32,000 bases of DNA from Candidatus Saccharimonadota bacterium (GTDB lineage: Bacteria; Patescibacteriota; Gracilibacteria; UBA4473): assembly GCA_020632335.1 (NCBI GenBank), contig JACKFV010000002.1:40181-72180 (forward strand). Reading direction: 5' to 3'. Of the stretch, positions 26,139 to 32,000 are shown piece by piece. The position numbers and the translations under genes are program-made. Under the pieces are notes generated by a model. That model ran no database searches and was not told the DNA's origin. It saw only the letters and a list, made by a program, of their open reading frames with translations. Numbering within the stretch: position 1 is the stretch's first letter; every line of letters begins with the position of its first letter.

Positions 26139-26144
26139 GGTCTC

Positions 26145-26173
26145 AGTATAGCGCAGAGCTTTTGTCAATGCAA
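26145..26173 (-). promoter_or_regulatory. Promoter of the 24894-26138 gene, leaderless configuration
   Basis: Minus strand TTGCAT (26173-26168), 17 nt, TATACT (26150-26145), 6 nt (GAGACC), ATG 26138. Confidence 0.5.
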
Positions 26174-26189
26174 TTCCGCCACCGGGGAC

Positions 26190-26218
26190 TTCTCAAGCCG
26201 CTGCAGCTGCGGTACGAT
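26190..26218 (+). promoter_or_regulatory. MscS promoter, leaderless configuration
   Basis: TTCTCA (26190-26195), 17 nt, TACGAT (26213-26218), 6 nt (GAGAGC), ATG 26225. Confidence 0.5.
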
Positions 26219-26224
26219 GAGAGC

Positions 26225-27247
26225 ATGGAACTCCTGAATTTTGTGGCCTACGCGCAAGAAGACAGCCCCTCCACCACCGACACCGTGGGGAATTTCTTCC
26301 TCGATTTCTTCGCCAGTACCAAGCTCTTTCTCGTCGCGCTGCTGATCTTTCTGCTCAGTATTCTCATCGCACGCATCGTGCAGCAGTCTCTCCTCCGGCG
26401 GCTTAATGATCGCATCGGCAGCCACGGCAACGCAGAGCTCAGCCTGCTTATTAGTCGGTCTATCTTTGCGGGGATCATCACCCTGGGGATAGCGGTGAGC
26501 TTCGGCATCATGGGGGTAGATCTCCTCACACTCCTGGGGCTGATGGGGCTGGGGATCGGCTTTGCCTTTAAGGACCTGCTGGCCAACTTCATCGCGGGGG
26601 TGGTCATCCTCATGCAGAAGAAATTCACCCTCGGTGACCTGGTAGAAATAGGCGGTGTGCGCGGCTATGTGGTGCAGATAGAGAGCCGCACCACGCAGAT
26701 ACGCACGCTGCTGGGCACAGATATGATCGTGCCGAATGCCAAGATGATCAACGAAACGGTGGAGAATCTGACCGCTAATTCCTTCCGCGCTATCCAAGTG
26801 ATGGTCGGCGTGCACTACTCCACTCCGCTGGAGAAAGCCACGCAGGTCATTATGAATGCGTGCAGAGAGATCCCGGAGCTGGTGAAGGAACCCGCGCCCA
26901 AGGCCTATGTACGGGAGTTTTCTGGCTCCAGCATTGTGCTGGATGTGCGCTGCTGGATTCGCTCCACGGACTTCTGGCTGCCCATTCGCTCGCGCATCAT
27001 CCAGACCATCAAACGCGCCTTTGACGAGAACGGCATCGTGATACCCTACCCCATCAGCACCCTCTCGCTGGACCCCTATGACAGCAACCTCGGCACGGCG
27101 CTCAGTACCTTTACCCAGCATGCCACCAGTGCCCCCACGGCTGAGGAGGCCGCGCATGGGGTGCAGCACTACCCCCCGCTGAACGTCATGCCGCCCGTGG
27201 CCGTCCCCGAGAAACCCGTGCTCGACGCCGCCCCCCAGCAGGCATAG
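26225..27247 (+). CDS. Small-conductance mechanosensitive channel (MscS family)
   Basis: 340 aa from ATG 26225. Three TM helices, then the MscS core FKDLLANFIAGVVILMQKKFTLGDLVEIGGVRGYVVQIESRTTQIRT...IVPNAKMINETVENLT. Confidence 0.85.
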   Translation: MELLNFVAYAQEDSPSTTDTVGNFFLDFFASTKLFLVALLIFLLSILIARIVQQSLLRRLNDRIGSHGNAELSLLISRSIFAGIITLGIAVSFGIMGVDLLTLLGLMGLGIGFAFKDLLANFIAGVVILMQKKFTLGDLVEIGGVRGYVVQIESRTTQIRTLLGTDMIVPNAKMINETVENLTANSFRAIQVMVGVHYSTPLEKATQVIMNACREIPELVKEPAPKAYVREFSGSSIVLDVRCWIRSTDFWLPIRSRIIQTIKRAFDENGIVIPYPISTLSLDPYDSNLGTALSTFTQHATSAPTAEEAAHGVQHYPPLNVMPPVAVPEKPVLDAAPQQA

Positions 27248-27264
27248 CCAAGCGCAGAAGCGCT

Positions 27265-27292
27265 TGCACTGCGCGTGTCTCCGTCTAGAGTA
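27265..27292 (+). promoter_or_regulatory. gltX promoter
   Basis: TTGCAC (27265-27270), 16 nt, TAGAGT (27287-27292). A short leader of about 13 nt without an SD motif precedes ATG 27312. Confidence 0.5.
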
Positions 27293-27311
27293 GGGGAGTA
27301 ACCTGCTCCCT

Positions 27312-28778
27312 ATGGCCGCTCCTACGCTCGTCCGCATGCCACCCAGCCCCACCGGCCAGTGCCACCTGGGCACCGCGCGCACGCTGCTGATGAACTATAT
27401 CTTCGCACGCAGTACCGGCGGGGAGTACATCTACCGCAGTGAGGACACCGACCAAGAGCGCAGTACGCCCGAGAATGAAGCGCAGATCCTCCAGATGATG
27501 AGCTGGCTGCTGGGTACCGACTGCAAGGCCGGCGCCAAGGAGTTGTACCGGCAGACCGAGCACACGCCGCTCTACCAGCATTACCTGGAGAAGCTCTGGG
27601 AGAGCGGGCATCTCTTTGCCTGTTTTACCTCCGCTGAGGAGCTGCAGCTGCTGCGTGACAGGGCCGAGACCGAGCGCGAGAACTTTGTATTCTGGTCACC
27701 CGACCGTGACCTGCCGCTTGCCGAGCAACGCGCGCGCATCGCCGCGGGAGAGAGCTGCGTCTACCGGCTGCGGTGCCCACGGAGCCAGACGCTCACCTTC
27801 ACCGACGCGATCAAGGGCGAGATAAGCGTAGAGAGCGACACCCTGGGGGACTTTGTCGTGGCACGCTCAGACGGTACGGTGCTCTACCTGCTAGCCAATG
27901 TGATAGACGACTGGCACGATGGCATCACGCATATCATCCGTGGGGAGGACCACCTGGCCAATACCCCCAAGCAGCTGCTGGTCTACCGGGCGCTGGAGGC
28001 TCTCTCACCAGGGCTGCAACTGCCCGTTTTTGCCCACATACCGCTGGTGGTCGACCACGAGAAACGCAAGCTCTCCAAGCGTCGCGCGCTGCCCGGTATG
28101 GCCGTCATGGTGCACGAATTTATCGAGCAGGGCTTTGTGCCCGAGGCGGTGGCTAATGGCCTTATGATGATCGGCTGGAACCCTAAATCCACCCAAGAGA
28201 TCTTCTCGGTAGAGGAGATGGCAGCGGTGTTCTCCCTCAGCCAGGTGCAGCGGGCAGCCGCGCAGTATGATTTCGAGAAGATGCAGTGGTATAACCAGCA
28301 GTGGTGCGCCCGCCTGAGCGATGTGCAGCTCACCGGCTATTACCAGCAGTGGCAGGCCACAACAGGCCAAGTAGTGACGCCGGAGAGCCCTCTCCTCACA
28401 AGGGCCCTGCGCCTGAGCATGGAGAAGGCCCGTACCTTCCGCCAGGCGGTGGGGGATATGCAGTACCTGCTCCAGCGCCCGCGCATCACCCTGGCCGAGA
28501 TCACCCAGCATAATGAGCCCCTCACCGAGCAGACCGTGCGGCAGATCCTCCTGAGCGTGCAAGAGACGCTCAGCCCCCTAGCAGGCGAGGTGTGGACGGC
28601 AGAGAGCATCAAGGCGGCTATCGTGGCCACCATACAGCACAGCGGGCTGAAAACCCGGGACTTCATGCCCGTGTGGCGGGAGGCCATGAGCGGCCAGACG
28701 CCCTCCGCGGGGCCTATAGAAATTGCCCTGGTGGTAGGCAAAGCCGAGACACTGGCGCGCACAGAGCGGCTTCTCTAG
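27312..28778 (+). CDS. gltX: Glutamyl-tRNA synthetase
   Basis: 488 aa. It has the class I HIGH-type motif PSPTGQCHLGTART and the KMSKS-type motif KLSKRR. Confidence 0.93.
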   Translation: MAAPTLVRMPPSPTGQCHLGTARTLLMNYIFARSTGGEYIYRSEDTDQERSTPENEAQILQMMSWLLGTDCKAGAKELYRQTEHTPLYQHYLEKLWESGHLFACFTSAEELQLLRDRAETERENFVFWSPDRDLPLAEQRARIAAGESCVYRLRCPRSQTLTFTDAIKGEISVESDTLGDFVVARSDGTVLYLLANVIDDWHDGITHIIRGEDHLANTPKQLLVYRALEALSPGLQLPVFAHIPLVVDHEKRKLSKRRALPGMAVMVHEFIEQGFVPEAVANGLMMIGWNPKSTQEIFSVEEMAAVFSLSQVQRAAAQYDFEKMQWYNQQWCARLSDVQLTGYYQQWQATTGQVVTPESPLLTRALRLSMEKARTFRQAVGDMQYLLQRPRITLAEITQHNEPLTEQTVRQILLSVQETLSPLAGEVWTAESIKAAIVATIQHSGLKTRDFMPVWREAMSGQTPSAGPIEIALVVGKAETLARTERLL

Positions 28779-28837
28779 AGGAGGAGAGAGGCGTCACAGT
28801 AGCCCGCCTTCCTGCGACGCAGCGCTATACTGCGCGT

Positions 28838-30379
28838 ATGCAGTTCATCCCCCCCGCTGACCGCCTGGAGCTCCTCTACACCGTACAAGACAAGGACGGT
28901 AAGACAGTGCCGTTTCTGCTCAACCGGGCGCAGCGCCACTACCACACGCATAAGCAGCAGCGCAATATCATCCTCAAGTCGCGGCAGCTGGGCTTTACCA
29001 CATATAAGTGCATCGACGCGCTGGACTTCATTTTGCGTAACCCTGGTACGCACGCGCTGATCATCGCCCATACTACTGAGGCCGCACAGGAGCTCTTCCG
29101 CCGCAAGGTACAGTTTGCGTGGGAGCACCTGCCAGACTGGGAGAAAGCCACCTACCGGGTGCGGAACCTCACCAGTGGGGAGCTGAGAGTGCAATTCCCC
29201 GACGGGCAGCTGAGCAGCCTGCAGGTGGGTACTACCGCGCGTAGTGGGACGTACCAGTACATCCACATCACGGAGCTGAGCTACCTGGACCAAATGCAGC
29301 CGGGGCGAGCCGAAGAGATCATCAGTGGGGCCATCCCCTCACTCAGCCATGGGGGACAGCTGGATATAGAATCCACCGCGCGGGGCAGCAGCGGCTACTT
29401 CTATCACCTCTACCAGACGGCTCTCTATAGCTATACTTCTGGGCCGAAGAGCTTCACCCCGCACTTTTATAACTGGACCTGGGACGACTACGAGCTGCAA
29501 AAAATCACCCCGGAACACACCCGTGAAGCGCTCTCCTCCCTCCCCACGGCGCTGCGAGATTACCAGCAGAAGCACCACCTGACCGACCAGCAGATCACGT
29601 TTTATGCCTTCCAGTACAGTGCGCTGGGGCAGCAGATGCGCCTGATGAGAACCGAGTACCCCACGGTGGCTGAGGAGGCATTCCACCGTGACGCTGACCA
29701 GCTCTTTGACCCCGACGCCATTGCCCTGCAGACCCCACGGGAGCCAGAGCAGATCACTCTCGATGGCTGGTACCTCTACGCCGAGCCAGAGCGCGGGCAC
29801 CACTACGCCATGGGGGTAGACGTCAGCGAGGGCATCGGGAAGGATAGCTCCGCGGCGGTGCTGTGGGATATGACCAGTAACGCGGTAGTGGCCACCTACG
29901 CCAGTAACCGCATCACCCCCGACGCCCTGGCCCAGGTGGTGGCGCGCATGGGGGAGCAGTACCACATGGCGCTGATAGGCGTGGAGCGCAATAACCACGG
30001 GCACGTGACGCTCAGCTGGCTACGGGATTCCTACCCACTGAGCAGCATCTATATGGAGGTGCGCAGCGAGCGAGCCCATGATGAGCTGACCCACCGGCTG
30101 GGCTGGCAGACCAGCAGCGTGACCAAGCCCAAGATGTTCTACGACCTCTCCCAGAGCCTGAGCGCTCAGCAGGGGAGCCCCCATAGCCTGACCATCAACG
30201 ACGAGCGACTGCTCAGAGAGATGCGGAGCTTTGGCAAGCAGGACGTCCAGGTGACGGAAATCACGCAGCATACGCGCCACTGGGACCTCCTTACAGCCTG
30301 TGCCATCGGCTGGCAGATGCGCAACCACTGCATCGGGCGGCTCCCCAGTGCGGCGCAGCTCGGCATTACGGATATGTAA
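28838..30379 (+). CDS. Phage terminase large subunit-like ATPase/nuclease, orphan
   Basis: 513 aa from ATG 28838, placed by TATACT-6nt-ATG. Walker-A-like ILKSRQLGFTT (the KxRQxGxS/T type of Terminase_6 proteins). Walker-B-like YQYIHITE. The C-terminal RNase-H-like nuclease blocks are YAMGVDVSEGIGKDSSAAVLWD, IGVERNNHG and HWDLLTACAIGW. The 82 upstream codons of the track ORF overlap gltX and are discarded. Confidence 0.75.
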   Translation: MQFIPPADRLELLYTVQDKDGKTVPFLLNRAQRHYHTHKQQRNIILKSRQLGFTTYKCIDALDFILRNPGTHALIIAHTTEAAQELFRRKVQFAWEHLPDWEKATYRVRNLTSGELRVQFPDGQLSSLQVGTTARSGTYQYIHITELSYLDQMQPGRAEEIISGAIPSLSHGGQLDIESTARGSSGYFYHLYQTALYSYTSGPKSFTPHFYNWTWDDYELQKITPEHTREALSSLPTALRDYQQKHHLTDQQITFYAFQYSALGQQMRLMRTEYPTVAEEAFHRDADQLFDPDAIALQTPREPEQITLDGWYLYAEPERGHHYAMGVDVSEGIGKDSSAAVLWDMTSNAVVATYASNRITPDALAQVVARMGEQYHMALIGVERNNHGHVTLSWLRDSYPLSSIYMEVRSERAHDELTHRLGWQTSSVTKPKMFYDLSQSLSAQQGSPHSLTINDERLLREMRSFGKQDVQVTEITQHTRHWDLLTACAIGWQMRNHCIGRLPSAAQLGITDM

Positions 30380-30380
30380 C

Positions 30381-30398
30381 AGGGGCGTAAGGGGCGTA
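30381..30398 (+). repeat. Perfect tandem 9-mer AGGGGCGTA x2
   Basis: Copies at 30381-30389 and 30390-30398, directly after the terminase stop and directly before the TTTGTCAATGC motif. Confidence 0.85.
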
Positions 30399-30470
30399 TT
30401 TGTCAATGCGAATTACTCGCGGCGCCGGGTAGAGAGCAGTAGAGTGAGAGTACTTACTAACGCTCTTCGT

Positions 30471-31310
30471 ATGGATCAGCCACTGTTCAACGCCTCCGAA
30501 CTCTTCATGGCACTGAAGGTCTCACTGCTGGAGATCCTCAACCAGTTCGTCACCGGGCTACCCAAGCTCGTTATCGCGCTGCTGATCATCATTCTCGGTG
30601 CGCTCATCGCGTCTGCCTTCCGTGCCGGCAGCAAGCGGCTCTTCCGCGCTATTGGCATTGATAAGCTGGCGGATGCCATCCAGCTGGACGAAGTCCTGAA
30701 GAAAGCACAGGTAAAAATGACCGTCAGCTCGCTGCTGGCCAAGATTATCTACTACATTATTTTCCTGGTGTTCCTCACCATGGGGCTGGAGAAGCTGGAC
30801 CTGCAGGTGGTCAATGAGATGATCCATGATCTGCTCGGCTACATCCCCAATATCTTCGGCGCGATTATCATCTTGCTGGTGGGCAGCTATGGCGCCAAGA
30901 TCCTCTCCGATATCGTCCGCGGAGCCGCTAATGCCGCTGAGATCAGCTATAGTGGAGTGCTGGCACGCCTGACCAACATTGTGGTGATGGTGTTTGTGAT
31001 CGTCATAGCTCTGGGGCAACTGGGTATGGACACCACGCTCTTCACCAGCAATATCACTAATATCATCACGGCTATCATCGCCGCGGGAGCACTGGCGGCT
31101 GGCCTGGGGGGTAAGACGCTGCTGAGCAACCTCATGAGCGCACAGACCGTCAAGGACGGCATCGACGTAGGGGATACCCTGCACGTAGGGGAGATGGTAG
31201 GCGTGGTGGTGAAGACCACCAGCCTGGGGGTAGTGATCTCTCGAGACGGCAAGAAGGAGTTCATCCCCGCGGCGAAGCTGATGGAGATGGGCTACGGGCT
31301 CCAGAAGTAA
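30471..31310 (+). CDS. MscS-like / conserved-TM-helix repeat membrane protein
   Basis: 279 aa from ATG 30471 (MDQPLFNASELF...). Repeated TM-helix units are followed by a short beta-domain-like end: GDTLHVGEMVGVVVKTTSLGVVISRDGKKEFIPAAKL. The upstream part of the 336-aa track ORF overlaps the terminase gene end. Confidence 0.7.
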   Translation: MDQPLFNASELFMALKVSLLEILNQFVTGLPKLVIALLIIILGALIASAFRAGSKRLFRAIGIDKLADAIQLDEVLKKAQVKMTVSSLLAKIIYYIIFLVFLTMGLEKLDLQVVNEMIHDLLGYIPNIFGAIIILLVGSYGAKILSDIVRGAANAAEISYSGVLARLTNIVVMVFVIVIALGQLGMDTTLFTSNITNIITAIIAAGALAAGLGGKTLLSNLMSAQTVKDGIDVGDTLHVGEMVGVVVKTTSLGVVISRDGKKEFIPAAKLMEMGYGLQK

Positions 31311-31336
31311 TAGGTCTACCGCACACACATGGCACC

Positions 31337-31366
31337 AAGAAGAGCTCCGAGATGGGGCTCTTTCTT
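31337..31366 (+). terminator. Possible terminator hairpin after the MscS-like gene
   Basis: AAGAAGAGC-loop-GCTCTTTCTT forms about 9 bp with one bulge. The T-rich 3' arm lies 27 nt after the stop. Confidence 0.35.
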
Positions 31367-31611
31367 GTACGAGATGGATGAGAGTTTCGCTCCTACAGCA
31401 GTACCGATGCCTTGCAAAAACACCCTATACTCCTAGAAATATAGCGAAGGTGGCAGTCTACAACGAATCTAGGTGGAACTCCACAATACGAGAACTTGAA
31501 CGATGGGGTGAGGTTTTACCCTGTGCTCTTGAACGAGCACTAGAACCCGAGGAATACAGAGCTTTAAGTGCTTGTTAAGACTACCCATTACACTATTGAA
31601 CACATAAAATC

Positions 31612-31635
31612 AAAAGTCCAAAAATTGGACTTTTT
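31612..31635. terminator. AT-rich hairpin, possible bidirectional terminator
   Basis: AAAAGTCCA-AAAAT-TGGACTTTT followed by T. The stem is weak because it is AU-rich. Confidence 0.3.
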
Positions 31636-31658
31636 CGGTGAAAATACTAGATTGGATA

Positions 31659-31807
31659 TTGCCTAACAAATTCTATTTTTTAACGCTGATCTACTTTTAT
31701 GAGTAGCTGATTGAAAACATCACGTTCGCACGATAAGTGGAAAATCTGGAGCCTCTTCTTCAGATACACTTTCTTGCGAGCTCAGCTTAATGGAATTTGT
31801 TAGGCAA
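31659..31807. repeat. 19-bp inverted repeat enclosing 111 nt
   Basis: TTGCCTAACAAATTCTATT (31659-31677) pairs with AATGGAATTTGTTAGGCAA (31789-31807): 18 Watson-Crick pairs plus one G-U. Confidence 0.85.
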
Positions 31808-31874
31808 CTGTCTAGGAGGCTCCAACTTTTTGAAGTTGGTAAATCCCTCAGACGGATTTCCTAACTTTTTTGCT

Positions 31875-32000
31875 ATGAAAACTCTTCGCATCATCATCGG
31901 TCTCCTGCTGATTCTTATCTTTCTCGGTACTGCCTTTCGAGAATTCCCCTACAGCTTACCCTTTGGGGGTCTGGGGATTTTGTTTGGACTTTTGCTCGTG
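31875..32000 (+). CDS. Hypothetical membrane protein, N-terminal fragment (continues past the window)
   Basis: ATG 31875 opens 42 stop-free codons to the window edge: MKTLRIIIGLLLILIFLGTAFREFPYSLPFGGLGILFGLLLV. This is a hydrophobic, signal/TM-like sequence. Confidence 0.45.
   Translation, partial: MKTLRIIIGLLLILIFLGTAFREFPYSLPFGGLGILFGLLLV

Noticed and set aside
28592-28837. Upstream extension of the terminase-like ORF
   Set aside because: It overlaps the 3' end of gltX in another frame. The TATACT-6nt-ATG geometry points to ATG 28838.
30300-30470. Upstream extension of the MscS-like ORF
   Set aside because: It overlaps the terminase-like gene end and the repeat/motif region. The first hydrophobic, family-like sequence begins at ATG 30471, although the exact start remains uncertain.
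31370-31600. Resemblance to RNase P RNA conserved blocks: GATGAGAGTTTCGCTCC vs GAGGAAAGUCCGGGCUCC, GGTGGAACTCCAC vs GGUAAACUCCACC, and ACAGAG vs ACAGAA
   Set aside because: The blocks are collinear, but I could not form the obligatory P4 pairing or a P1/P2 closure. The segment is too short and too AT-rich for a stable RNA of this genome. A covariance-model scan (RF00010) would settle it.
31581-31610. CCCATTACACTATTGAACACATAA resembles the module-B end CCCACCATTGCATGTTATGACACATAA
   Set aside because: Only the CCCA and ACACATAA words align without several gaps. That is too weak in AT-rich sequence to claim a fourth junction.
1-32000. CRISPR arrays, rRNA genes, IS elements with transposase, integrase genes, and UGA recoding
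   Set aside because: I found no regularly spaced direct repeats, no rRNA-like sequence and no transposase or integrase motifs in any frame. Conserved genes are uninterrupted under the standard code, so TGA is a rarely used stop rather than a sense codon.

Overview
This is a visibly GC-rich, very tightly packed bacterial chromosomal segment; I did not compute GC. Most of it is housekeeping genes on both strands: a GH15 fragment, ROK kinase, secreted vWA/SLH protein, gatA, Ca2+/cation exchanger, M42 peptidase, pyrG, cysteine desulfurase, tRNA-Gly, tRNA-Tyr, comEC, rplS, fusA, tRNA-Met, an Elp3-type radical-SAM/GNAT enzyme, glutamate dehydrogenase, P-type ATPase, a stand-alone 5'-3' exonuclease, a GT2 glycosyltransferase, MscS, gltX, an orphan terminase-large-subunit-like gene and a second MscS-like protein. 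The streamlined layout (overlapping stop codons, no Shine-Dalgarno motifs, split or trimmed genes) fits a reduced-genome lineage such as CPR/Patescibacteria, but that is inference only. Three sharply AT-rich segments interrupt this background, at about 4330-4930, 14639-16165 and 31330 to the window end. The best candidate for something undescribed is the middle one. Directly 3' of tRNA-Met lies an array of tiny one-ORF units. Each ORF is followed by a conserved ~180-205 nt module with conserved ends, a variable centre and nested palindromes. Each module ends in a degenerate copy of the tRNA T-loop/acceptor/CCA end plus its 3' flank. No integrase is present in the window. Four other points stand out. 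(1) Promoters recur with the -10 box exactly 6 nt before the ATG, implying leaderless mRNAs. (2) Stop codon use is TAG-dominated and almost free of TGA. (3) The terminase-like gene is lone and compositionally native. (4) The 3'-terminal AT-rich region holds a 19-bp inverted repeat carrying the integron core-site words GCCTAAC/GTTAGGC. All functional calls rest on motifs read by eye in the supplied translations; no database search was possible.
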